This document shows positions 38,762-47,773 of a stretch of 64,000 nucleotides of DNA, one piece after another; the first letter of the stretch is position 1, and every line of letters begins with the position of its first letter. This DNA comes from a virus. Its lineage: Duplodnaviria; Caudoviricetes. The position numbers were made by a program, and so were the translations under genes. The notes under the pieces are model-generated. The model was given only the letters and a program-made list of their open reading frames with translations. It did no database searches and was not told where the DNA came from. The DNA is taken from IMG/VR virus record IMGVR_UViG_3300027759_003166, one strand, 5' to 3'.

Positions 38762-39758
38762 GTTCAACCTTTATAATTTTAATAGTTTCCATCCAACTAA
38801 GAGTAGTTAATACAATGGTTTTTAATTGACTATATTTAGGTTGCCATTGAGTATCCGACATAAATTTAGTTGGATCTGCAATCAACTCATCTGGGTCACC
38901 TAATCTTCTCGGCCCTAATTCATAATCAACATCTAGACCGGTGGCAGATTCTACTGCTTTTACTATTTCTAGATTGCTAATACCTTGACCTGTTCCTAGA
39001 TTATACGCTTCAAATGTACCCTGGTCAAGTGTTTTAGCAAGATCAACAGCTTGTACGTGAGCACTAGCAATATCTGAAACGTGTAGATAATCTCGAATAC
39101 ACGTACCATCTTTGGTTAAAAAATCATTGCCGTTTAAAATTAATGTATTTTTTTCTAGCACACTTTGTATTACCTTTGGAATCAAATGTGTATCATTCCA
39201 ATTATTACCAAGTTCTACTTCTGGATCACATCCACAGGCATTAAAGTATCTTAGTGCAATACCTTTATATCCATGTGCTTGTACATGACTTTCAATGACG
39301 TATTCACACATCTTTTTACTATGACCGTATGGACTTACAGGTGTACCTTGTGCATATTCAGCAATAGGAACAGAACAATCATTGCCATAAGTTGCTGCAC
39401 TACTGCTAAAGATGATTGTACCTTTCCATCCTAACTTAGATAAGTCGTCTAACATACGATTAGTCTTGGCAACATTATTATCATAATATTCACCAGGATC
39501 AGCAATACTAGGACCAACTAAGCTAGTTCCAGCAATATGTATAATTGTGTCTACATTGTTTATGTTAGCAGCCGTTGCTGTAATGTTTACGAAGTCGTCA
39601 ATGATTAATTCGTTGACAAACATAGAAGCATTTGGAATAGTCCAAGTGCGGTCAATGCCAATTACATAATAGCCAGCCTGCTGAAAGGCCTTAGCGGTAT
39701 GACTACCGATAAAGCCCATCGCGCCTGTTATGATGACTCGTTTAGTATTTTGACTCAC
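38748..39758 (-). CDS. galE: NAD-dependent nucleotide-sugar epimerase (GalE-like)
   Basis: ITGAMGFIGSH Rossmann motif, SSSAATYG, YGHSK (YxxxK), LRYFNA, RDYLHVSD; probable GTG start at 39758. Confidence 0.85.
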   Translation of the reverse strand: MSQNTKRVIITGAMGFIGSHTAKAFQQAGYYVIGIDRTWTIPNASMFVNELIIDDFVNITATAANINNVDTIIHIAGTSLVGPSIADPGEYYDNNVAKTNRMLDDLSKLGWKGTIIFSSSAATYGNDCSVPIAEYAQGTPVSPYGHSKKMCEYVIESHVQAHGYKGIALRYFNACGCDPEVELGNNWNDTHLIPKVIQSVLEKNTLILNGNDFLTKDGTCIRDYLHVSDIASAHVQAVDLAKTLDQGTFEAYNLGTGQGISNLEIVKAVESATGLDVDYELGPRRLGDPDELIADPTKFMSDTQWQPKYSQLKTIVLTTLSWMETIKIIKVEHVED

Positions 39759-40917
39759 GAGTATGTTTCCTATAGTCAGTGCCCATACGTAACATACTGT
39801 CACCTGTACCTTCTAATATATTACAAATACGGTCAATAGTACCGTCATTGTAATCACTAATCATACCTAACTTAGGATCTGGCCAAGTTAACAATACTTC
39901 TAATTTATTTAGAGCATCGTCAATAGACCAGGGAACATATAAGCGAGTGTGATCGTTGGCAAAAGTTTCAGGGAAGCTACGATAAGCAGGATACAATACA
40001 TTACAACCTAACGCATCGGCTTCACTGACTGTGTTTGATACCCAGTCTTGCAAAGCACAATTAAACACCACACGACTATCATTAACAATGTTGTAGTAGT
40101 CATTTTTTTCTAGATCCTGATAAATTTTTAGTATGCCCTTGGCCTCTAGATTGCGTGTACGTTCCATATAGCTTTCGCTATTTGATTTAAGTTTGCCACC
40201 ACTACATACACAGAATTCTGTGCTGTTACCTGGATGTCGTTTGTAGAACTCTTCAATGAGATCCATATAGAAGTCTGGTTGCTTCTCTTGATCCCACCGT
40301 GCTGAGAATACCACACGATTCTTGCGTTCAGCAAATGGTTTAATATTTCCTACACGACCTTGTACTTCACTCTTGCCAAATGCTAATCCACTGATATTGT
40401 AGATTGGACTTTTCCAACCTGCAATCTTCATATGCATTACCATTTCTTCATTAGTTGCAAGTACTCCGTCCACAAATGAGTCAACCATTTTTTCGTAGTG
40501 ACCCATGAAATCCTGCATACCCCATACATGAACAAAATCGTCAGGATCAATGGACTGAGCAAGACAGCGAACATAAATCCTAGGCCTGTGAATAGGATCA
40601 ATTTGCTTAAGAATATACGGAAGACTTTCGATTCCGGGCTGAAACATGTCTTCAAAGTAGACAACATCTTCATTATTCAATTCTCCTTGTTTCATCATCT
40701 TAATTAGATTCATTAGCTGTGACATACCAAAGTATGTACGACCATGTGCATCCAATACTTGACCTGTTACGATTGCTTGGTCATTGCTGAGTGTTTCGCC
40801 AGGCACAACAATATAGTCGATACCGCGACGATCGAATACAGCAGTATTCCAGTCTTGCAATTGATATGTATATCGGGCGACATATTTTTCTAACCCCATA
40901 TAATATAGTTTACGCAT
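39742..40917 (-). CDS. GT-B fold glycosyltransferase (GT4-like)
   Basis: VVFSARWDQEKQPD and EKNDYYNIVNDSRVVFNCALQDWVSNTVSEADALGCNVLYP match the nucleotide-sugar-binding half of GT-B enzymes. Confidence 0.75.
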   Translation of the reverse strand: MRKLYYMGLEKYVARYTYQLQDWNTAVFDRRGIDYIVVPGETLSNDQAIVTGQVLDAHGRTYFGMSQLMNLIKMMKQGELNNEDVVYFEDMFQPGIESLPYILKQIDPIHRPRIYVRCLAQSIDPDDFVHVWGMQDFMGHYEKMVDSFVDGVLATNEEMVMHMKIAGWKSPIYNISGLAFGKSEVQGRVGNIKPFAERKNRVVFSARWDQEKQPDFYMDLIEEFYKRHPGNSTEFCVCSGGKLKSNSESYMERTRNLEAKGILKIYQDLEKNDYYNIVNDSRVVFNCALQDWVSNTVSEADALGCNVLYPAYRSFPETFANDHTRLYVPWSIDDALNKLEVLLTWPDPKLGMISDYNDGTIDRICNILEGTGDSMLRMGTDYRKHTRESKY

Positions 40918-41153
40918 TATTGATCCTGATATTCACGTTGGGGCTTTCCAGAAGCCTCGCGACGTGCCTTACGCTGCAAATACTCTTGTTCTTGTTGGAA
41001 CCTACGATAGTCATTGGAACGATAAAGATCCTTCTCATTGTAGGGGAGAAGATTAAATCTGCAATGATCTAACCAAGCATCGAGATCATCAAAGATCCGA
41101 TTAACTTCGGGTTTCATTTTAAGAGTTTTTTGAATGTAATTTGGCTGTGCCAT
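40917..41153 (-). CDS. Hypothetical protein (78 aa)
   Basis: Stop/start overlap with the glycosyltransferase. Confidence 0.65.
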   Translation of the reverse strand: MAQPNYIQKTLKMKPEVNRIFDDLDAWLDHCRFNLLPYNEKDLYRSNDYRRFQQEQEYLQRKARREASGKPQREYQDQ

Positions 41154-41170
41154 TTAAGTTTTTCCTATTA

Positions 41171-41554
41171 TTAGGGTTGATTAACAAATGTAAGTGTGGC
41201 ACCATTCTCGCCATCTTCACTTACGTCAATGATGGTCTTACGACCAGGGTACCTTGCGGTAATTGTCGTGTTAAGTTCACGAGCAATCATTTCACAAGAT
41301 TTGTGGTTGAGTTCAAGAATGCCATCATTGTAGCACTTCTCAAGCCAACGCTTAAACTGGATAAATTCAATATCGCGGTCATCTTGGAAGACCTCAATAG
41401 AAACTTTAAAATGGAAAATGTGTCGATGTGGAGTTCCAAGGAAACTTACATCATATTCGTCGCCTGTGGCCAACTTAGGATCAGTTGCGGCTGCGGGATA
41501 GCAGTGAATACCTTCTTTTTGAAATTTCACCCAGATAACTGATAAATCGTTCAT
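41171..41554 (-). CDS. dpdL: QueD-paralog T-fold protein (DpdL-like)
   Basis: GIH...LGTPHRHIF...SCEMIA...VSEDGENGA aligns by eye with QueD, but has LxxxHRHxF in place of CxxxHGH. As I recall it, that is the signature described for the phage CDG decarboxylase DpdL; an HMM check is needed. Confidence 0.6.
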   Translation of the reverse strand: MNDLSVIWVKFQKEGIHCYPAAATDPKLATGDEYDVSFLGTPHRHIFHFKVSIEVFQDDRDIEFIQFKRWLEKCYNDGILELNHKSCEMIARELNTTITARYPGRKTIIDVSEDGENGATLTFVNQP

Positions 41555-42057
41555 TTAATTACTTCGTCTTTGGTATATTGAGACCAGTCTGTAAAGGTCT
41601 CACGGGTTAATAAATTGTGTAGGCTATGACACCACACACCGGGGTTTGTCGACTTGAAGTTGTTGTCGTCAAGTTTAATTATAGCATTATAACCTAGTTG
41701 TTGTAAATAGGGCAGTTTCACCGAAATCATTGGAATGAAATTATGATACTCAGCAAATCCAGTTTCTAACAATCCTTCTACACACTTAACATCTACGTCC
41801 AATGTACATTGATAATCTCTGTTAAGGAAATACTTGATCATATTTTCCCAGTCTACCCAACCACGAGCATTGGTGTCATAATTAGGAAAACTTTGATTAG
41901 CACCAAAGTAGATATGCTCGCAGCCGTTGAGTTTGGCAGCAATAGCATCTACATCTTGTACACCAACAACAAACAATGTTCTCTTACCGTATGCAGGAGT
42001 ATGTTCTACTTCCGTACCGTAGAAGAAGTCTGCGTTTTCGTGTCCTTCTCTTTCCAT
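41551..42057 (-). CDS. Hypothetical protein (~168 aa) inside the deazaguanine cluster
   Basis: ATG at 42057 is 1 nt after the dpdA stop; ATGA overlap with the dpdL-like gene. Confidence 0.7.
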   Translation of the reverse strand: MEREGHENADFFYGTEVEHTPAYGKRTLFVVGVQDVDAIAAKLNGCEHIYFGANQSFPNYDTNARGWVDWENMIKYFLNRDYQCTLDVDVKCVEGLLETGFAEYHNFIPMISVKLPYLQQLGYNAIIKLDDNNFKSTNPGVWCHSLHNLLTRETFTDWSQYTKDEVIK

Positions 42058-42058
42058 T

Positions 42059-43618
42059 TTATTCTCCAAGGTCGTCGCTTAATTTCTGTAATGCTGAATC
42101 ATTAGCATCTGAAAGATCAATTTCATCAGCACGAGTAACTTCTTCAACATCAAATAATCCACCAAATAGATTATCATTCTGTCCGTTAGTGGTGTTACGA
42201 GCACCTGCAATACTGATCAAGAATGCCTTAGCAGTTGGATGCTCTAACATCTCCATGGCTTCTGTTAATGTTTTGGTATTAAACAATTCTTCAACAAAAC
42301 GATCAAAGTACAATACATTACGTGGCACCCATTCACTAAACTGATCACTGGCAAGTTCTTTGGCGTTAAGTTTCTTCCATGAACGCCAGTCTGGTTTGAA
42401 TCTTGCACTTTCGATGTCAGCATAATGATTAGCACGTTGTACTGCCTCAATATGACATTGTACATTATGTGCCATATACAATGAATAAGCAAAACTATCC
42501 CAAGAAGTTTTACCTTCTTTGCCAATCTTGTTTAACATTCCTGGAGCATAATGACAAATGTCGCCCATTACAAGTCTGCGGCCGATCTCTGATTCAAAGG
42601 GGAATGGGATATCGCTTCCTGCAAGTGCTTTGTTGTCTGGGGCTTTTTCCATAACAACACTGAACTTTTTCGAAGTGTGGATTGGGTTTGTGTAAACGAG
42701 TCCGTGTGCTGTTGCGACAAACGGTGAGGCGCAGTCAAAAGATATGGTAACTTCTTCATTAATATGTTTCCTGAGTTGTCGTTGAATTGAAGTTAGATAG
42801 CAAGCCCAATCTAACTGTGCTGTACCCAAGAAGTGGATCCAGTTCTTGCCTGTGAGCATGCCTTCCTCGCGCATGATCATCAAACGCTTTAAAGTGATGT
42901 CCATCTTACTCATATTGACACCACCCATTGCCCAACCCTCTGCTGCTTTATCTCCCCATACAGCAGGGTCACTATATTCTTTAACACCTTCATACCAAGA
43001 CTGTGCGCTATGCCAATCGCTGCCTTGTAAAACATTTAACCACTTGGTCTTACCTAACCGATTCTTTAAAAAGTAATCGTTATTGAAACGAGTTTTTTGT
43101 AAACAATCAGCAGGACTTGTTAATCCGGTTCTTGCTTGATTATTCTTATCACAGGCCCAAATAGGCACATCCAACATCATTGACCAGTCAGCAGTTAATT
43201 CTAACCAAGCAATAATAGAATCACGAGTTTTGTTGGCTGCTTTACCTTCAAAGTCTTGCCAATCAAACTTTAAAATGCCTTTACCAATCTGATATCCACC
43301 TGAGTCACCTAAGATCATAGTTTTAGCATGATTACGATCGTGTATCATGACTTCTTGTACCAAACTTTTTTCTATATCTAACTGTGCATGACCGGCAGAG
43401 TATAGACCATAATTATAAGTAAAGTATCCTTGCTCTTCGTTTAAGAAGTTCATACCTTCGATACCACGATCAAATCCTTTAGGGATACGATCCTTGGGTA
43501 CAAAATCACTTAGTCGTTGTTTGGCAACGTAGGTGCTGTAGAAACTGCTGATTGCTGGCAAATAGCAGGCATAATCCCTATTCAGGGGCGATAAATCAAC
43601 TGGTGGATTACTTTTCAT
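42059..43618 (-). CDS. dpdA: DNA-guanine transglycosylase (TGT family, DpdA-like)
   Basis: ILGDSGGYQ (TGT DSGG motif), MMLDVP, VLQG, IHFLGT, ISFDCASP; probable start MKSNPP at 43618, 4 nt after the clamp stop. Confidence 0.8.
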   Translation of the reverse strand: MKSNPPVDLSPLNRDYACYLPAISSFYSTYVAKQRLSDFVPKDRIPKGFDRGIEGMNFLNEEQGYFTYNYGLYSAGHAQLDIEKSLVQEVMIHDRNHAKTMILGDSGGYQIGKGILKFDWQDFEGKAANKTRDSIIAWLELTADWSMMLDVPIWACDKNNQARTGLTSPADCLQKTRFNNDYFLKNRLGKTKWLNVLQGSDWHSAQSWYEGVKEYSDPAVWGDKAAEGWAMGGVNMSKMDITLKRLMIMREEGMLTGKNWIHFLGTAQLDWACYLTSIQRQLRKHINEEVTISFDCASPFVATAHGLVYTNPIHTSKKFSVVMEKAPDNKALAGSDIPFPFESEIGRRLVMGDICHYAPGMLNKIGKEGKTSWDSFAYSLYMAHNVQCHIEAVQRANHYADIESARFKPDWRSWKKLNAKELASDQFSEWVPRNVLYFDRFVEELFNTKTLTEAMEMLEHPTAKAFLISIAGARNTTNGQNDNLFGGLFDVEEVTRADEIDLSDANDSALQKLSDDLGE

Positions 43619-43622
43619 TTTA

Positions 43623-44357
43623 TCATGCCTGTGCTGGAATAATATATTTGTAAGTAGCAATGCCGCTATCTAAAGTGATCTGCATAGCACCTTCATCACT
43701 GAACCCAATCTTAGCATTGTTGGCATCAGCAATTTTTAAAATGCTTAATACGCTATTCACTGGCCAAGTCCATCCTTTAGTAAGATTACCAACAACGTCT
43801 GTAGCAAAAATAAATTCACCACCGTGACTGCTAACATCACCAAATGTAAACTTCAAATTACCACCATCTGTTTTGGCCAAGAAAGTTGTATGTTCTGTGT
43901 TAGCACCTGCTTGGAATTGAAAACGTTGAATAGCACTTACAGTAGGCTCAACTTCAACATGCCATTTAACACCACGGAACTTAACAGTTTTCAATTTCTC
44001 ATTGATAATGTCTTGATTCATAAAGCGATAGTCATTCTTAAAGTCGCCGTCTTTGTTTTCAAAGTGTAGACCAACTGGAATAGTTTCGCCATTACGTTCA
44101 GCGGTAACTACCTCAATTTTAGCATCGTCTTGATATTCTTTACCATCTAATAGATAGCGTAGTTTTTCAAGTTGTGGCATACCATATGTGCCAATCATGT
44201 CTGGATGCGGATTAGCAGTTTCAGCATACATGATAACGCTACGGTCATCTGCCATGGAGTCGATTAGAGTTTTTTGTTCTGTGCCTGTTACTTTAACAAT
44301 ATTTAGAAAGCCTAATTTGTTTGTATGTGCAACGATGTCTTGAAGAATAGATTTCAT
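43623..44357 (-). CDS. DNA polymerase sliding clamp (T4 gp45-like)
   Basis: 244 aa two-domain alpha/beta pattern ending ...GAMQITLDSGIATYKYIIPA; directly downstream of the B-family polymerase. Confidence 0.65.
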   Translation of the reverse strand: MKSILQDIVAHTNKLGFLNIVKVTGTEQKTLIDSMADDRSVIMYAETANPHPDMIGTYGMPQLEKLRYLLDGKEYQDDAKIEVVTAERNGETIPVGLHFENKDGDFKNDYRFMNQDIINEKLKTVKFRGVKWHVEVEPTVSAIQRFQFQAGANTEHTTFLAKTDGGNLKFTFGDVSSHGGEFIFATDVVGNLTKGWTWPVNSVLSILKIADANNAKIGFSDEGAMQITLDSGIATYKYIIPAQA

Positions 44358-44375
44358 AATAATTTCCTTTTAGTT

Positions 44376-44404
44376 AGTATATTTAGATTTAGGGAGAAAG
44401 TCAA
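44376..44404 (-). promoter_or_regulatory. Sigma70-type promoter for the clamp-dpdA operon
   Basis: Minus strand TTGACT-N17-TATACT, with an overlapping TAAATA. Confidence 0.7.
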
Positions 44405-44412
44405 CAAATATT

Positions 44413-47085
44413 TTATTCAAAGCTGAATAATGAACCAAAATTATTTGTTTGTGTAGTAGATTCTAGATCCCACTCTAGAACTCCGATAAGATTATCGAGT
44501 TTATTATTAATAATAACAGTTTCCATATCAGCGTGATCAAATGGTAAGTCTTGAAACCATTTAGGTAGTCGTAGTTCGTCAACCGGATATGCCACGCTGG
44601 TATAGCCAAGTGGATTATCTTTTAACTTACAAACAATTACTTTCATACCATCGACAATATTGGTGCTGTATTTGTCACCATTCATACGTTTAAGAGTATT
44701 CCAGTTGATACTAGCACGAACATGTCCGGGCATATTTGCTTTACCTGCCTTACGTTCTTTTTCTTGATATTCAGCAATGTTGTTGGCACGTTTAGGACTA
44801 CCCTTCTCCCATCCAGGTCGTGCTTTAAATTCAGTTCTAAATTCATTAATCATATCAAGAATTTCTTCTTCCTGACTACCATTTAGAACTTTGGTTAGTA
44901 CTTCTTCAAGAAACTTCTGCATGAATTCTGGAGTATCGCTACGTTTCAAATCTAAACCCATGGCTTTAATTTTGCCAGGTTTAGTATCACTGTCATATCT
45001 CTTGCCATCCTTGTCATAGTACAATACAGCATAACGCTTTTTGGTAATAAACAAGCCTTTGATAGCAACAATTTCACGTCCTGCTTTAATAACTTCACCA
45101 CGTGATTTTGGACAGTGGAATGTATCTAACATGAATTGTGGAAATGTAGCATTAACATTATCTGCAATTGTATTGTATAGTTGTATAGCAATATCTTTAT
45201 CCCAAGGTAGTAATTTCTTTTGAATATCAATCTTTAATGTATTGTAGGCAGAGAAGTAACAACTGTCTGTATCACCATATATAATACTTTTACCAACGTG
45301 ATCAAAATCACCTGTAATAACTTCATTAACTTTACCTGCCATATGGCGAGCAATGGCACGACCGGTAAGTGTGGTACTTTGTCCAATACGCTTGTCAAAG
45401 AATCTGCAACCTGGATTCAAAATAGCACCGTACAAACTATTCAAGTTAATCTTCTTAACCAGTTGTCGTTTGTCCCAGTATTCTTCTTCAATCTTATTGC
45501 CGGCATCGATTGCTGCTTTAAGTTTCTTCTGCATGTCTTTACGCTCACTGTACCAGCGAGCCAGCAAGCCGGGAATAATACCTTCTTGCTCATGGGTAAA
45601 GATTGTGCCATTTGCACTGAGCATCCATGGGTTATTACTTTCATATATTAATCTATAAGCCTCGGCACCGCTTAGTATATCATACTCGCCATTTTCCCAA
45701 TCAATGGTAATTTCAAATGCACGATCTTGTCGCATTACTGCTTCGAATTCTAAGCTGCCAAACATACCTTCCCATGCAGCCGCAAAGGATTTTTTATCCA
45801 ATGTTGTTTGTTTATGAATAAATTCATCGGTATTAGTTTGTCGTATTTGTCCAACAATGGTTTCTGGACCCATATTCAATGCACGAATAACACTGGGATA
45901 TAGACTGTTAATGTCCATGCTTCCGATGTAATCATGTAATCCTTTTTTAGGATATGCTACATAAGCACCTGCGGCTTGATTGTTTTCAGTCTCATCACGC
46001 TTGGCACGACTTGGAACAATTAACCCTCTGTGATGTGCTTCATTAACAATTGCTTGTTCTGTTACTGCCACGGCACCCATGGTGGTCTGTAGCAATACAG
46101 TACATTCGTGTGCTAGTGTATTGGCAAGATCTATAAACTTTAGTTTCTTATCTAACTTATCAAGTAGTGCGGTATCTTGTCTATTGTATTCAATGAACTT
46201 GCGGAAGTCTTTATTATAAAGTTGATCCAGTGTACCTTCGTAGACAGTCTTGCTCTCACCTACTTCCATCTCTCCAATGGCATCGAGCCTGTAGGTATGG
46301 CGTTCTTCGTAGGTGTATTTCCTGTACAGTTCGAGACTGTCCAAATGAACGCGACCAATAAGATCATAAGTAACAGCCTGTTTCCCATATTTCTCGTATT
46401 CTCTCTTTTTTGGAAATTGATCCCACAAACAAAATCTGCGTGTATCTTCTTTGCTCAATACCTTAGTGACTCTATTAACAGTATAAGGAATATCAAAACC
46501 TTCACTATTCCAACCGCTTAATACATCAGCATCTTCAATTAATGTTAGAAATGCATCTAACATCTCTGCTTCTGTTTCAAACAACACAGTATTAGGAAAG
46601 TCCTTGACCTGTTCCTTAGCCTGCTCCATGGTTAGAGTCTTGGGTGGAACAGCAAAACATACCAGTGTGTCTAACCATTGTAAGTGAACAGCGATCGCAG
46701 TGATGGGCATAAAAGCATCTTCAGGAGTGCTATAGCCACGTTCCGGATCAAAGTCTACCTCAATGTCAAAAAATGCTACGTGTAATTTTGGTGGATCAAT
46801 GCCGAGATAATGATCTTCCAAACAGCGGAATGCTGGTTTGATATCGCTTTCGTAGAGTCTACGTTCGCCGTGGATGCGTAGTTCTTTTTGAAAGTCCTTG
46901 TTATTTCTACAAGTAACTTTATTTAGATTCTCACCGTAGATTGATTTGTACTTACCCTTTTGATCAGGATAATAAAAGATAAATTTGGCAGGATATTCTT
47001 GATAGATTCTACCCTTCTTTGCATCGCGCTCAACTACCTTAACAATATCTTTGTCGCGATCCCACCATGCGTCAACATATGACAT
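44413..47085 (-). CDS. Family B DNA polymerase (T4 gp43-like)
   Basis: Exo I FFDIEVD, Exo II GWNSEGFD, Exo III YNRQD; Pol DINSLYPS, KINLNSLYG, YGDTDS. Confidence 0.97.
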   Translation of the reverse strand: MSYVDAWWDRDKDIVKVVERDAKKGRIYQEYPAKFIFYYPDQKGKYKSIYGENLNKVTCRNNKDFQKELRIHGERRLYESDIKPAFRCLEDHYLGIDPPKLHVAFFDIEVDFDPERGYSTPEDAFMPITAIAVHLQWLDTLVCFAVPPKTLTMEQAKEQVKDFPNTVLFETEAEMLDAFLTLIEDADVLSGWNSEGFDIPYTVNRVTKVLSKEDTRRFCLWDQFPKKREYEKYGKQAVTYDLIGRVHLDSLELYRKYTYEERHTYRLDAIGEMEVGESKTVYEGTLDQLYNKDFRKFIEYNRQDTALLDKLDKKLKFIDLANTLAHECTVLLQTTMGAVAVTEQAIVNEAHHRGLIVPSRAKRDETENNQAAGAYVAYPKKGLHDYIGSMDINSLYPSVIRALNMGPETIVGQIRQTNTDEFIHKQTTLDKKSFAAAWEGMFGSLEFEAVMRQDRAFEITIDWENGEYDILSGAEAYRLIYESNNPWMLSANGTIFTHEQEGIIPGLLARWYSERKDMQKKLKAAIDAGNKIEEEYWDKRQLVKKINLNSLYGAILNPGCRFFDKRIGQSTTLTGRAIARHMAGKVNEVITGDFDHVGKSIIYGDTDSCYFSAYNTLKIDIQKKLLPWDKDIAIQLYNTIADNVNATFPQFMLDTFHCPKSRGEVIKAGREIVAIKGLFITKKRYAVLYYDKDGKRYDSDTKPGKIKAMGLDLKRSDTPEFMQKFLEEVLTKVLNGSQEEEILDMINEFRTEFKARPGWEKGSPKRANNIAEYQEKERKAGKANMPGHVRASINWNTLKRMNGDKYSTNIVDGMKVIVCKLKDNPLGYTSVAYPVDELRLPKWFQDLPFDHADMETVIINNKLDNLIGVLEWDLESTTQTNNFGSLFSFE

Positions 47086-47098
47086 ATAATTTTTCCTC

Positions 47099-47155
47099 CT
47101 CGTGATTTAATGGCTCACTGACCTTCTCGTGATCAATTATGGCTGATCTGACCTT
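47099..47155 (-). promoter_or_regulatory. Tandem imperfect repeat (30 + 27 nt) of hairpins in the polymerase 5' UTR
   Basis: Minus strand AAGGTCAGATCAGCCATAATTGATCACGAG followed by AAGGTCAGTGAGCCATTAAATCACGAG, then GAGGA and the ATG. Confidence 0.55.
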
Positions 47156-47157
47156 AC

Positions 47158-47447
47158 TCATAAATTATTTAGCATCCTGAATAAGCCGATGCTATCTATA
47201 GTGACTAACAATACGTAGTTCGCAAGCAGCCCAAAAGACTTACGGCTATAGCAAGCCCAACCATATAAAATACACTGGCTAATAAAAATAGGATAAAGAA
47301 TGATAAGAGGCGGATTTGGGACTGTGAGCGCCATAGTGACACTACATCCGATTGAAGTTGCCCAAGCCGTAATCTCCACGATAAAACGTAAAGGGTAAGT
47401 TTTATAGTCATCCTTGATCCAATTAATGACATTAGCTAATTTTTCAT
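47158..47447 (-). CDS. Small membrane protein (~3 TM helices)
   Basis: Hydrophobic segments; ATG at 47447 in an ATGA overlap with the upstream gene (track start 47544 is probably too long). Confidence 0.65.
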
Positions 47448-47716
47448 TCATCAGTACGACGATGCGAATGTCCGCTGATATCCACGATAGTTTCCAAATC
47501 GTCAAACTCTTTCCAAACGCTGTCCCATTGATCTTTCTGTGCAATCTTAATTGCTTTTTTGATCACGCTGGGTTTGACTTCGAGTTCTTCTGCTACTGCT
47601 TTGATTGTATCGTTAAGGCCTTCGGTAAGGTCTTGAATTTCCTGCAGAACGGTCATGCCTTCTGCTACTATCTGTTTAATTTTGGCCTGTTCAGGCGCCC
47701 CAAATGATTTACCCAT
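47444..47716 (-). CDS. Small helical dsDNA-binding-like protein (phage DsbA/GapR-like)
   Basis: KQIVAEGMTVLQEIQDLTEGLNDTIKAVAEELEVKPSVIKKAIKI resembles this family; AAGGAG RBS supports a start at 47716. Confidence 0.5.
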   Translation of the reverse strand: MGKSFGAPEQAKIKQIVAEGMTVLQEIQDLTEGLNDTIKAVAEELEVKPSVIKKAIKIAQKDQWDSVWKEFDDLETIVDISGHSHRRTDE

Positions 47717-47736
47717 AAAAAATCTCCTTGTAAGTA

Positions 47737-47765
47737 AGTATATACTACGCAAGGAGTTCTGTCAA
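47737..47765 (-). promoter_or_regulatory. Sigma70-type promoter
   Basis: Minus strand TTGACA-N17-TATACT. Confidence 0.8.
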
Positions 47766-47773
47766 GGTTTATT

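Noticed and set aside
44413-47085. Intein or intron in the DNA polymerase
   Set aside because: Normal length (890 aa), contiguous motifs, and no splicing or homing-endonuclease signature seen.
47099-47155. UTR repeat as a preQ1 or guanidine-II riboswitch
   Set aside because: It lacks the preQ1-I loop/A-rich tail layout, and ACGA lies outside the loops rather than in them as in guanidine-II.
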